Positions 29,049 to 43,268 of a DNA stretch of 64,000 bases are shown here, piece after piece. The first letter of the stretch is position 1; the number at the start of each line of letters is the position of its first letter. Where the stretch lies: positions 26,350,001 through 26,414,000 of the forward strand of contig NC_043017.1 of assembly GCF_006345805.1 (NCBI RefSeq), read 5' to 3'. Under the pieces are notes generated by a model, which saw only the letters and a list, made by a program, of their open reading frames with translations, was not told the DNA's origin and did not search any database. The DNA comes from Octopus sinensis. Taxonomy: Eukaryota. The position numbers and the translations under genes were made by a program.

Positions 29049-29580
29049 TTGTATGTGGGGTGTCTTTGTATCCGGTAGAATAAATGGTAGGCTTAAAGTA
29101 GAATTAGTTGGGTGGATTCATTCTTTCGAGACTACAATATCGGGGCAAAAAGCTAGTGTAACGACTGAAACATGTAAGATAGGAAAGTTAAAAGATAAAG
29201 ATTTTTTACCTGAAATTAGAATGGATTTGTCGTTGTTGGATGGCGTTATATAACGCCTGATATTACAGAGTTGCTTCCGTGCGAAACATCACCGCAACTC
29301 ACAATTAATCTTCAAGAAGTTGGACTTAAGCCTAAACACCCCCGCCTAAATAAAGAAACAGATATATTGGATAATGTAGTTATAAATACTATTTTAAAAG
29401 ATGACATGATCACGCCTCGAAGTATTTGTTTCAAAATTCAGCTCAATCGGTACCTAATTGAGAATAAACAACCATAGCAAAAATATAAATGTAGGCATTT
29501 TTTCAATGAGGGAGCGTCTGTGTAGTCAATCGTCTTGGTAGAAAGAAAACTCAAACTGCACTTAGATTGCCACAACAGAT

Positions 29581-29967
29581 TGGAGGCGCAATGGCCCAGT
29601 GGTTAGGGCAGCGGACACGCGGTCATAGGATCGCGGTTTCGATTCCCAGACCGGGCGTTGTGAGTGTTTATTGAGCGAAAACACCTAAAAGCTCCACGAG
29701 GTTCCGGCAGGGATGGTGGTGATCCCTGCTGTACTCTTTCACCACAACTTTCTCTCACTCTTACTTCCTGTTTCTGTTGTACCTGTATTTCAAAGGGCCG
29801 GCCTTGTCACTCTCTGTGTCACGCTGAATATCCCCGAGAACTACGTTAAGGGTACACGTGTCTGTGGAGTGCTCAGCCACTTAAAAGTTAATTTCACGAG
29901 CAGGCTGTTTCGTTGATTCGGATCAACCGGAGTCCTCGTCGTCGTAACCGACGGAGTTCTTCCATCC
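29581..29967 (+). mobile_element. Family A SINE, full length
   Basis: Co-linear with 13717-14096. Confidence 0.92.
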
Positions 29968-31884
29968 ATTGAAAATAAATATTATATAATTAGATACATA
30001 TCCTTAAGATCTGAGGATGTGCATGTTTGGGCAAATTTTGGTGTAGTGATTATGATATATAATTCGACCAATATATTGGACTTCTCTAATATTCCTCCAT
30101 TTCTGACTTGCTCAGCGTTATATTTTATGAATTCTACAGAGGTAACCAACAAATAACACCTGGATTTTTGTCGAAGCAGTGTAACAATAGTAAGACGGTA
30201 TTTATTTTCATTTTCATTTTCATTTTCACTATGAAAATATTAAATCAGGCTCCCTTATCTTTTCCCATACTGTGCAAACAAATTTCCGAAAAAATCTTTT
30301 AGTCGCTAGAATATTAATGCAGGAAGTGAAATATAGAATATTAAATTTTCAGAAACTTCAAAGGTTAAACGCAGTAGATTTCTGAGGATGTTATTAAATA
30401 TGAACAAAAGTAATTTTTAAGGCAACTTTTAGCATATTAAAATATTGCATGTTTGCTGTTTTGGTGAGTACAATTCTCATTTTTCAGAATGTTCTTTCCT
30501 TATCGCGCGAACAACTTCCGTTGCACGAAGATGGGACTCATACATCATTGATAACAATATTGATGTAAGTATATCTAGTTGAGAGGGGTGAATGTCGAAG
30601 TGTATAAGATGTATATACATCAATACAGATTTGCATGTATACAAATTTTAATATATTGTCAAGCACACGCACTGACGCATACAAATATACTTTCTCTACA
30701 AGTAAATTAATACCGCTATGCAAGTCTTCGATTCTTCGACCGAGTTTTTCTATGGTGAGATGTGTCGTACAATATTTATACATCTCCCTCTTTTTTCTCT
30801 AACTTCATGTCTGCATCAGCCAGACACGCATGCGTGTATTCTCACCAATGTCTACTTCTCTCTCTCTCTCTCGCTCTCTCTCTCTCTCCCAATATTAAAA
30901 TACACAGACACACACAAGCATACACATATGCACACACACACACACTTAGGCATATGCAGGTGTAAAATGTGCAAGTATACACGCAGACATATACACGAAC
31001 ACACCCATGCTTATATATATATATATATATATAAATATATAAATATATATATACATATACATATATATAATATATATACGTATGTATGTAAGTATATATA
31101 TATACATATATATACTTATGTATATGTATGTACGTATGTATGTATATATATATATATATATAATCTATATATATATATATAATATATACATATATATATA
31201 TATATATCTATATATACATATATACACCCATATATTTATATACAGAGAGAGCGATAGAGGCAGATAGATAGATAGAGGGATACGTACATTTATCTTTATA
31301 TACATACATACATGCACACACACACGCAAGCACACTCAGACACATACATATATTAATTACGTACTCGAGGGCGTTTTCTTCCTCTTGGGATTATAGGGCG
31401 CATTTGCAGTAGATTTCGCCTGTAAAGCAAAATAAAAAAATAAAACAATAATAAAAAAAATTAAATAAATAAATAAATAGTGTGGGGTGGGGGGGACGGT
31501 AGAAAGAATGCAAAATTATAAAGACTGAAATAAAGAGACGAGAATGAATAGATTTTGGAAGAAATGAAATTAATCGTTTTAACAAATAACTTGCTACACA
31601 TTCATAAATGTAGCAAAAAACATTTTCAAACCGAGAATATTTTGATTAAATTTGTTAATGGACAGGTTATAAAAATTCATAATTACTACAAAAAGGCGAA
31701 GAGAAACACGCTGGCACACACACTTATAAACTCATACCAAACATACTCACGAGCACAGACACAGAAACACACACAATGTATGGGTGTGTAATATATATAT
31801 ATATGCATTGAAACACAGACGCAAATCTGTGTGTGCGTGAATGGATAGACATACACATACGCATATATATTCTTTTATTCTTTT

Positions 31885-32040
31885 AATTGTTTCGATCATT
31901 TAACTGCAGCCATGCTTGAACACATTGTAAACCTAGCACTTATTTTATCGGTTCCTTTTGCCGAGTCACTAAGTTTCAGAGACGTACACGCACCAGCATC
32001 GGTTGTTAAGCAATGGTGAGTGGGTGGCGGAACACAGGCA
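31885..32040 (-). mobile_element. Family B SINE 3' half (probable partner of 32770-32920)
   Basis: Diverged reverse-complement tail (TGCAGCCATGCT...CACCAGCATCGGTTGTTAAGCAATG). Confidence 0.75.
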
Positions 32041-32044
32041 CAGG

Positions 32045-32117
<73 letters not shown>

Positions 32118-32129
32118 CGTTGAACTGTA

Positions 32130-32270
32130 CACGTTTTCGTTTTCATTCTCTCTCAATTTCTCTTATTACTTTCTGTCGAAGAGCGTAGCCTCCAAGCATA
32201 AAACACTTTTCCATTCTCCACTTACGTCAAACTAATACACTTGTCTTTCTTTTTGGTATAAATTTCAATT
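32130..32270 (+). mobile_element. Family F PLE terminal repeat, degenerate hammerhead
   Basis: CTTT CTGTCGA A GAGC GTAG CCTC CAAG at 32169-32196; downstream ACTAATACAC...CTTTTTGGTATAAA resembles family F. Confidence 0.55.
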
Positions 32271-32291
32271 ATATATACATATATACATACA

Positions 32292-32335
<44 letters not shown>

Positions 32336-32388
32336 TATATATATATGCGTGTGTGTGTGTGTATGTATATATGTATACTTTATTTTAA

Positions 32389-32545
32389 AGCAGCAGACAT
32401 AGAACAAAAGCTGTTACTCAGAGTTTCACGCTTAAGTTCGTCGGACAGTTTTGCTAAAATAGAACACCAATGAATTTTAACAAAACTATCCTACGAACGG
32501 GAACGTGACACTCTGAGTAACAGCTTTTGTTATATTTCTGCTGCT
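32389..32545. mobile_element. MITE with long TIRs, Kolobok-like (TTAA|AG...CT)
   Basis: TIRs AGCAGCAGA.ATA.AACAAAAGCTGTTACTCAGAGT; TTAA on the left, TTTAA on the right. Confidence 0.7.
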
Positions 32546-32700
32546 TTTAAATAAAGCCTATAACTCTACCTCTGGTATTTGAGTACTCTCTTTTTCCCAC
32601 CTTGCTTCATATTTATGTGCTTACTCCGGTATAGACATACATACATACATATGTGTGTGTGTGTATGTATATATATATGCATGTATATATCTATCTCTCC

Positions 32701-32760
<60 letters not shown>

Positions 32761-32769
32761 CACAATCTT

Positions 32770-32920
32770 TTTTTCAGTTTCCGTCTACCAAATCTACTTA
32801 CAAGGCATTTGGTTGACCCGAGGCGGCTATAGTAGAGGTCACATGCCCAAGGTGCCACGCAAAGGGACGGAACCCTGTAACATGTGGTTGGGAAGCCAAA
32901 TTGTAACAACACAGCCGCGC
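32770..32920 (-). mobile_element. Family B SINE 5' half
   Basis: TTTCAGTTTCCGTCTACCAAAT...CCCAAGGTGCCACGC...CATGTGG. Confidence 0.8.
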
Positions 32921-34006
32921 GTAAACCTATAACAACCATTTCAGTATATCGTGCTTTTATTTAAATTGATCTAATGTACAATGGTAAAAGCATTATTCCT
33001 AAAAGCGACTGACCGAAATTTAAGTAACGATTTTCATTGAATATTGGCTAAACAATATTGTTAACATTATCATGTGTATATAATTCGACTGTTTTTATAT
33101 AGGTAGTTTCTTTTATTTCTCCAGTACGCTATAATTACTATCAATAAAACGAATATATTGCAGGACAGCTGATATCATTAAACAACTTTATTTTTTTTTT
33201 TTGTTTGAACAAGTTTATACTTTTTCAGAGCTACGCAGAGCCTACATCGATTGGCTGTCAGGATACAGAATTGTAGCGCCAAAGTACTAGCTATATCTGC
33301 TTCGCCTTTACAAAATTTTACATAGATTATTCTCTTCAGGTCCTCTTCTGATGTAAATTTAAATAGGAATTTGTCACGCTTGATATATGACATACAAATA
33401 TGATATATTTGATTCCCTAATGAGTTTTGCATTGGCATCTCGATCCTTATGAAGCATAACCCATCCCAAAGCTGTCGTAGATGTTACCGACATGACGTAG
33501 ACGTAAGAATATCTCATCTTTATTCTATTACATAAACCTAAAAAGTTTATGAAGATGACATCGTGTGCTTCTGGAATAAGTGCGCTAGTATTTATGTCAT
33601 AACTTTTAGTCATATTTAAGCTACGCTCTCTCATTTTTCGCGATAGATTCTATGGTTATATCGTTATGTTTTTAATTCACAGAATCTAATAGCACATTTA
33701 TCAATCATACATTACTAATACATTGGCATCCCTTCGGCTTTTAACATACAAATTATGAGTCGTGATTCGTTATTTCGTAAAGATTGCATGAAAATATTAC
33801 CTGCCATTAATTTAGGTCTATGAAAATGACGCGATTTGACCTACTGTTTAATAGTAAATAATTAAAAACACCAAGGTGTATATATTGTATTATTTCACCT
33901 ACCTGTACGAAACATACATGTTTTTATGTCGTTCTCGAAACTTCATTACCATTCATATTACTACTACGTATACGTAAAATTACTTCACAGAATATATTCC
34001 AATACA

Positions 34007-34056
<50 letters not shown>

Positions 34057-34061
34057 TATAT

Positions 34062-34092
<31 letters not shown>

Positions 34093-34134
34093 AATTATTT
34101 CAAAATTATATACATAATTATAATAAGGGAACAG

Positions 34135-34488
34135 CTTAATGCATCACCACACGCTGCAAGAAATAGACGCTAAAGTCTTTTTTACTACGTTAAATTCTGC
34201 GAGAATAACACACGTATTGTAGGCAAGTAAAAGAAAGATAATGCATCAAACTTGGTTAATCGTAGACGCGTTTCGAACTTAAAATGAGTATTCTAAGGAG
34301 TACCGTACTGATGAGACAGTAAGTAAAATTATATTTACTTAGAGTTCAAAACACGTCTACGGTTAACCCCGTTTGATTCGTTATCTTTCTTTAACTTGCC
34401 TACAGTAAGTGTGTTATTCTCGGAGATTTTAAGGAAGTAAAAAAAGACTTTAACGTCTATTTCTACCAGAACGTGATGATGCATTAAG
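34135..34488. mobile_element. Tail-to-tail inverted repeat (~150-bp arms) containing hammerhead motifs; PLE-terminus-like
   Basis: Left arm 34135-34280 is the reverse complement of 34340-34488; plus-strand hammerhead at 34303-34362. Confidence 0.75.
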
Positions 34489-34515
34489 TTGAAACCTTGT
34501 TCTGAATATATCTGA

Positions 34516-34550
<35 letters not shown>

Positions 34551-34605
34551 ATATATATATATTATGTATATTTAAGCATATACATACATGCATATATTAT
34601 ATATA

Positions 34606-34654
<49 letters not shown>

Positions 34655-34657
<3 letters not shown>

Positions 34658-35850
34658 AATATTAGGGAATAAATCCAAATTTACAGGGGAAAAAATCAGA
34701 TTTAGGATTAAATCCAATTTTATAGTAAAAATTTATAAAATATTATTAGAGACAAAACCACTATTTTGCAAAACAAACAAGGAAAGACTTAATCAATACA
34801 TAAATTTTAATAATAGTCAAAAAAACCGCCACTACAATTGTTTCTTGTCTTGATCGACAATCTTCAGGTGGACTTCCAATCTAAAATATCATATTTTAAA
34901 TATAAAAATAATAATTTTAAAATAATTAAAGTATGAATGAAAAAATATAATATATAATCCATATATAACCTATATATAATCCATATATAATCAATATATA
35001 AACAATATATAAACTAAATAAACTATCAACAATTAAATATAAAATATAAAATATAAATATAAAATATAAAATATAAAACAAACAAAAAAATAAATAAGAA
35101 TAAAATAAACTATATATACACCCATACACATATACCTAATTATATATAACCATATCTAACTACATACACTAATCACACCCCTATATATATATCCCTATAC
35201 ATACACATAAAAACGTCTAGGCAATATAAATAAATAAATAGCTAAATACTTGAACACAATACTTATTCATACTCCCCCACACACACACACACATACACCC
35301 ACATTCACGCTCTAGAAAACGGACATCACTTAAAATTATGAACGGAGAAATAGAATAATGGAATTAAAAATATATTCACTTGGTAAAACGAACACTACAT
35401 TATGAATGAAACAATGCAATAAAACAACAGACATCGCAAATAGACACAAATTACTACGAATTCCTTAACAAACCTACCATGATAAACCAAAACTCATAAA
35501 AACATATAATGATAAAATCTCCCTTTACTAAACTCTATAACATACCTATATAGCAATCCCCCTAACCTAAACATTCACACACAATAACACACACGTAAAC
35601 CACCACCACGACATATACAAATACCCACACCACTTACACATACCTATACATACATATAAACCTCAACATATACTCCAAAAACCCACTCAACCCCACACAG
35701 ACAAAAACACAAAATTATGAATGGATTCTTTTATAAAACTACCATGATAAGCTAAAACTCACAAAACATAAATGATAAAACCTCCCTTTACTAAACACTA
35801 TAACATACTTATATAGCAATCCCTTTAACCTATACATTCACACACAAATA
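34655..35850. mobile_element. Probable PLE-derived element with low-complexity body
   Basis: Starts next to (TA)n with GGGAATAAATCCAAATTTACAGGGAAAAA (similar to 46258); carries the hammerhead; strongly A/C-skewed body with a ~125-bp direct repeat. Confidence 0.55.
34829..34871 (-). ncRNA. Type I minimal hammerhead ribozyme, intact core
   Basis: CCAC CUGAAGA UUGUC gaucaa GACAA GAA ACAAUUGU A GUGG: all conserved core nucleotides, three helices, GUA cleavage triplet. Confidence 0.85.
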
Positions 35851-37020
35851 TATATATACATATATATAATTCATATTTAATAAGCCGAGTAATGATTTGT
35901 TATTCATATTTTTGGTGCTAGAGCACAAATACATCTGGCTACAGTGAAACTACATATTGTGTAATTTTTCACACATACACACACTAACACCTACGCACAC
36001 GCCCATACACACACTAAAATAATCTAAGGTAGAATTTATATTATAGTAACATATGCATTAGAAATTATTGTTACATTTCTCGTGTTAGTCTGCTTTGAAG
36101 GAATGATATCAGTGTGGTCTATTTCGCTGGAAATTATCCACTGGATCAGTTAGTGTTAAATAAATAGTACAATTATAGACTAGAAAATAGATTTCATAAG
36201 CAACATTCAGAAAATTATAAGCTTCCATGAAATTATTTCTTGTCGAATCTCTTCTCTCAACTTGAATATTTTCTTCACCGTTCCCTTGTTCAATGTTATT
36301 TTTCACGTTTTCAGTATTAGTCTATCTGACTATACTACTCACCTTATTAAACCTAGCACTAGATCTGACACATTTATTTCAGCATCCTTCTTTCATTTCT
36401 GTTCCCTGACCATCCACATTTACGCATTTCATATATTCTATACATTTTGTTTCAAAAAGCATGATATATACACCTGAATATGTGTACACACCCTTATTTT
36501 TTTTTGTATATTAGGTTACAGACTTCAACGCAAAAGAAAAATTGATAATGCTCATACAAAGAAGCGAAAAAACACACATCTACCTTCAGATTATCGAATC
36601 GCTCTATCATTTCATAAATGGGAGAATATTACATGTCGTGCTGTGACAAGAATATATATAAAATTCAGAATTTTGTAACTATACAGTTTTTGATGATATA
36701 TAAGCAAGCTCAGGGCAAGCTTTTGTCTACTCTACAGCGAATCTACATTCAATTACATTCTTCATTTCATGAAAATATAATTGATACGTATGTGTGTGAA
36801 GCACGTGGGTATAGCGCCTGTTATTATAATATCATCAAAATCTAAATCGATTTCTCTATACCACACACACACACAGAGCATATTGTTGTCACAATTTCTC
36901 AATATTTACGCTCATAACTGATGATGCTCATCCAAAAGTTCATATTGAGTTTGATGTTCATTTTGTCTATTATACATATCAAAAAATTCATTAGATATTT
37001 TACCCCCATATAATTTTGAA

Positions 37021-37400
37021 TAGGCGCAGGAGTGGTTGTATGGTAATCTTGGGTAAGTGTCTTCTACTAAAACCTCGGGCCGACCAAAGCCTTGTGAGTG
37101 GATTAGGTAGACGGAAACTGAAAGAAGCCCGTCTTATATATATATATATATATATGTGTCTGTGTGTGTGTGTGTGTGTGTGTGCGTGTGTGTGCGCGTG
37201 CGTGTGTGTATGTTTGTGTGTCTGTGTTTGTCCCCCAACATCGCTTGACAACCGATGCTGGTGTGTTTACTCCCCCGTAACTTAGAAGTTCGGCAAAATA
37301 GACCGATATAATAAGTACTAGGCTTACAAAGAATAAGTCCTAGGGTCGATTTCTTCGGCTAAAGGTGGTGCTCCAGCATGGCTACAGTCAAATGACTGAA
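37021..37400 (+). mobile_element. Family B SINE with deletion in the head
   Basis: Head, microsatellite and tail recognisable. Confidence 0.88.
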
Positions 37401-38824
37401 ACAAGTAAAAGAGTAAAAGAATAAATATCCAGTGCCCCTCCAGATTTATTAAGCGGTTATTGAACCGGTAAGAAATGAAATAACCGGGTCTGTGAAAATC
37501 ACGCGCAATCACCACGAAAACTGTAACATATTGATAACATAGTCACTAATATGCAAAATGATGTTATACTTGCTGCCGAAACAAATTTAAAGTACAGCTC
37601 TGCTTGATATGCGAAAAACCTGAGGCATATTAAAACGAGAGAAACTGAAGAAATATTCTGTTTTGATTTCCACGTGTGTTATTATGCCATCTTAATTTTT
37701 CGATAGATATGTATGTAATTTTACAAGATAATATCGGACTGAAATTCAAGACATCACCTAAGGGATTTAACAGGTGCTATGGCTAATAACCTGCCGTAGC
37801 GAATCTATACAGGTAAATTTAGTGTATTCAATCGATGTGATGATAATAACATACACCAGTGCCATGGTTTGTTACGACGTCAGTAATCAAGTTTTCGATT
37901 AGGATTCTATGGTATTATTTGTAAGAGCTTCGCTAAAAATATCAATACGACTTGCCACATTGTTAATGATTTACGCTATCAAATATCCAACGAATCTCCA
38001 TTATCTCTCTCTCGTTGTTCGCTGGTGTCCCTGCATTGATATTACTCTGTAGGATTATATCTTTATCGCTCGTGTATTCAACATTTCAATTCTATTGTTC
38101 TCCTCCCACTCCCGACGCAAAATAAACATTTATACAGTCCAGTATTTTTCCAGTTCTTTACTATATTTTTATTTTAAAAAAGTATATATTTGCTATTCTA
38201 TACATATATTAATTAATTTATATAATTATAATTGTAAGGCAATATCAGTAATCCTTTTATACATTTTAAAACTTGTTTTTTTTTTCTTTTAATTTTATTC
38301 AGCTTCACATTACAATTTATAATTACCATAGATTTTAGTAATTAAAATGCCACAGAGTTTTATAAATACTGCAATATCTCACCAAATCACCATGTTCTCT
38401 CTCTCATCCTTTCTGTCTTCAAATCATTTTCAATCTTTATCTCACACAATGCATACCTACACATACAGGCTTCAATGCCCCCACACAAACTCACAGATAT
38501 ATACACACGCACACATCGCACACAGACAAGATTTTCTATTTAAAGAAGTTATTATATTCTACAAAAAGATGCTCCATGTGTGCTATTTCTAAGAAAAACA
38601 AGAAGGAAATTAAGATTGCCAAACATTCAAAATTAATTAGTAATTACGGTAAGCATCAAACAAAATACCTCCAAATACACAGACGCACAGATATATACAC
38701 CACACTTCCCATATATATTATATATATATATATATTATATATATATATATTATATATACATGTGTGTGTATGTTTATATATATATATATGATTATATATA
38801 TAATATATATATATATATATAATA

Positions 38825-38855
<31 letters not shown>

Positions 38856-39079
38856 GTGTGTGTGTGTGTATATATATATATATTTGTAGTATGAAAAGCT
38901 ACATGCCACCAATCTCTAATATTTCTGAGTGTCTATCTGCTTCTGGTTCCCCTACTCAGTCTGGTCTCTCTCTTTCTCACCCGCTTCTCCTCTCTCTCTC
39001 CCTCTGTATATATGTCATATATATATGTATATATGTACATATATATATTATATATATATATATAATATATATATATATA

Positions 39080-39226
39080 CAAGAAAAAAGTAACAAGAAT
39101 GGATTAGATGTTCAGTACAATTGTTTCATACGAAGAACAGCTTTATTAAAAGCTGCAAATATTGCAGCAAATACAAGTGTTCCGTATTCATCACCCAAAA
39201 CACATATGATTTTTCCAAACATCCTA
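39080..39226 (-). mobile_element. Family G ~150-bp hammerhead-bearing element
   Basis: Homolog of 12371-12517; minus strand TTTGG GTGATGA ATACG...CGTAT GAA ACAATTGT A CTGAA at 39111-39199. Confidence 0.8.
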
Positions 39227-39323
39227 TATGTTTAATACCATATACATTTCTGGTGCATCTAATTTAAGAACCGCATTCATGTGAATTCATTGCAACTCAC
39301 TTGAATCTTAGTTGTTTTTACTG

Positions 39324-39371
<48 letters not shown>

Positions 39372-39677
39372 TTCATAAATAGGTGCGTGCATACGCATAA
39401 ATAAATCCATATATATATATCCATGCGTACTATTGCTGAATTAGTAGTCGGCATAATTACTCATTTAAGAAGTGCTTTCTCGTGCAGCAATGGCTACACC
39501 GCTTATCAATAAATATATACGATTTGAGGTTGCGTACGTTTTTTTTGGTACAAGTTTATGTCAAAACAACTCAAGCAAGTAAATTATACACATGGCGTTT
39601 CAGCGATACTTTCATAGTTTATAACATATATGTATGTTTGTATATATATATGTGTCTGCGTATATATATACATATAT

Positions 39678-39709
<32 letters not shown>

Positions 39710-41540
39710 ATATATATATATATATTATAATGTATATATATATATATTTATATTTCGAAGTATATTCTAAATACCAGTGGTTTCCAGTATACAACATGTA
39801 GCAAAAATACAAACATGTAAAAGAGAATCTCGCTGCGGATTGGTGCCTCACCTGTTTTTAATTGCAGTATTTCTTATGGCAACATATCTTCTTTGATCAC
39901 ATTTCTTTTGGCCCATTCCGGAGACATAAATGAAATTCATGTCTGATATTTTGGACTCTCAAAATCGTTCCACGATTGGAAATGATTATTACGTTTTTTG
40001 TATTAAGCGTTATTGTGTTCTGAGCTGAAACTGAGCCACGAATTGGCTGATTTTTTTAATGTAATTCTCCGGTTAGTTAACCAAAACTTTGGACAATATG
40101 TTAGTCCTTAGCACGCTTCACTCTGCTGGGTCTGAGCGGTATTCTGGTCAGAAGTGGTCTATCCTATCTCCTTAGTTATACAAACATTGTAAGTGGTTGC
40201 GGATACTCAACTCCAATACTGCGTTTAAGATACACATATTCACCAGAAAATAAAATCGAGTAAATAGTGAATTTTCTCCGTGCTAGAATTTGTAAATATC
40301 CCTTAATTAAGAAGCCCATTTTAATTCTGAATGAATATGCCTTTGTGACGTGGACTTGCCTATTGAATCTGCTGAACGTAAGGTAAGAGAATCTATTGAT
40401 GAGACTATGAAAATGTTGGATATTTCAATATATGATCCTCTCGTATATGCTATCACTTCAAATGAAGTTCTTTCCAAAAGCCTTCCGAAAGAATTCATAA
40501 AATGATGTTATGATACCTGTATATTCTTTAGTAACAGAGCAACGTAGGAGCATCTTAGTTTCTGTTTACTGTTAGGGATTAGGAATCGCAGGAACATCGA
40601 TCACCAAAGATATAACAAAATTATCAGCTATGATGAGCAAACAAATCTCCCTCGAATTCATACCTATTGTCTTAATATAGGAAAGACATATTTCGTACTA
40701 TCCGATACAGCAATACAGGAATCAATCAATAATTCGATTTTGCATACAGACCTGTGTGTCGCGTATGCATGAGGTGCGTGTTTGTGTGTGTATGTGTATG
40801 TGTGTGCAAGAGCCTGGAGATTTAAGTGCATCTGCTAGTCGATCAGGACGACCTAACCTGCATCGTTTAATTTTCTTTTTCATTTAGACTTATAACCAGT
40901 AATTACTATGCAAATGTCTATCAAAGCACACACTTTTGTACTCACAAAATCGTCTAAGAGCATATCAGATAATTAAGATCGAATAAAGCGTTTGAAACAT
41001 AAGGAATGTTCGTTGATTGACTGCAATTTATATTTCTATATTCAGCAATCATTGGCAGTTAAGAAATCCAGAGTTAAGCACCGAAGCCCACGCGGCAATG
41101 AAGAACTCAATAGTTATTTTAACTCGGGTTTATTGAATATTATTCTATAATCTTTGCTTGAGGACATCTGATAATTGAAAGAAAATAAGGATATATTAGC
41201 TAAGCATGTTTGAGATAATACGCATTGTAACAACGGCAGAAACTGACAACTACCTCTTATTTTAAAATGTACGTCGAAAAATAGTTTCGCAACAAGGCAC
41301 TTTTCAGCATGTAAATTAAAAGAACCAGACACCACCAAAAACATCATCAAAGCGCTAATGAGAAAAACGTTTAAGTTGGTTGATCAGCTGAGAAAGATAG
41401 CCAAATAGTCTTCATATCATATCTGATCACACTAAATTAAAATATATTGGATCATAATACCTAAAATACTTATAAATTTGAACAATCCGCGAACCAATTT
41501 ATCACCAGCTTCTCCGTCTTTGTCTTTAACAAAAATACCT

Positions 41541-41951
41541 ATTTCTTTATTACCCACAAGGGGCTAAACACAGAGGGGACAAACAAGGACAGACATAGGT
41601 ATTAAGTCGATTATATCGACCCCAGTGCGTAACTGGTACTTAATTTATCGACCCCGAAAGGATGAAAGGCAAAGTCGACCTCGGCGGAATTTGAACTCAC
41701 AACGTAACGCAGGCGAAATACCTATTTCTTTATTACCCACAAGGGGCTAAACACAGAGGGGACAAACAAGGACAGGCATAGGTATTAAGTCGATTACATC
41801 GACCGCAGTGCGTAACTGGTACTTAATTTATCGACCCCGAAAGGATGAAAGGCAAAGTCGACCTCGGCGGAATTTGAACTCACAACGTAACGCAGACGAA
41901 ATACCACTAAGCATTTCACCCGGCGTGCTAACGTTTCTGCCAGCTCGCCGC
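41541..41951 (-). mobile_element. Family C SINE dimer with 17-bp TSD
   Basis: TSD CTTTAACAAAAATACCT at 41524-41540 and 41952-41968 encloses two near-identical bodies and one head. Confidence 0.94.
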
Positions 41952-43113
41952 CTTTAACAAAAATACCTGTTTCCAGAATAGCCATCGTTCGATAACCATC
42001 AGTTGATCATCGTTCGTTTATTAACCATCAGGGGAAGCTGAAAGTATAAAACCCATGTGCATAAAAACTCCTGTTCATAAATAATCGTGGTAACCTAGAA
42101 AAGTTTTAAGAAAAAACACCAACTTCGGAACGTATATCATCGTAAGCCTGGTCGATGATGGTCGACGCCGGGTTAAACACAAACAATAACACATCGATAT
42201 TCAAACCAGTAACAATACCATTATTTTACGCACCCAACTCTATGAGAAAAAAAAAACTTCCTACGCAAACTTCTAGCTGAAACTTACCACCGTGAAAGCC
42301 ATTAATAATAACGCAAAACAGCTATGCGGATCTGTCCAAGTGTTTGACCTCCTACTCCGTTCACTCCGTGATAAATGTGACAACTTTGATAATTTTAATA
42401 CCGAGCGCTGTGAAGTACTAAACATCTATGAGACAGGTGATGGTTTGTATTGTGGCATTAAAAAAAAAAAACTACACCCAATCTGATATATGGCTTCGTA
42501 CTTGCGTTTCAATTTTCTCTGTAGTTCTGCTATCACTGTACATCTCTCACTAAATACTTTTCTTTCGTTTCTCGTCATTTTTGCTCTTTCATGTTGTCAC
42601 TTGATGTTGCTGTTCCGGATAAATTAAAAATCTTACCGCTTTCATGTGTAAGCATTGGGAAAGTTTGTTGCCCTTGTTTTCCTCTTTCTTGCCACACGGC
42701 ATACGTACACGGATATATGTAAGCCATGCTTCTACCTACATGTATACAACATACATACATACATACATACCTACCTACCTACCTACCTACCTACCTACAT
42801 ACATACATACATACATAATGCATACATACATACATACATACATACATACATACATACACACATACATGTAAACACAGAAACACACAGATGTCTACCTATG
42901 TGTGTATATATCATTGTGAAAATATACGTGCGTTCGTATGAGTACTACATGTGTTTGTATGTTTATATTCGTATATACATGTGTATATATATATAAAGTA
43001 TAATATATATATATATATCTAATATATATTATATAAATATATATATATAATATAAATATATATATATAATATATATATAATATAAATATATATATATAAT
43101 ATATATATTATAT

Positions 43114-43156
<43 letters not shown>

Positions 43157-43237
43157 ATATGTGTTTGTGGGTGCGTGCGTGAATGTGTTTTATATTATAT
43201 ATGTATATATATATATATATATATATAATATATTATA

Positions 43238-43268
<31 letters not shown>

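Noticed and set aside
36109-36343. Strong-looking minus donor AAG|GTGAGT at 36343 and the neighbouring 65-aa ORF
   Set aside because: The upstream frame hits stops within about 15 codons and there is no usable acceptor.
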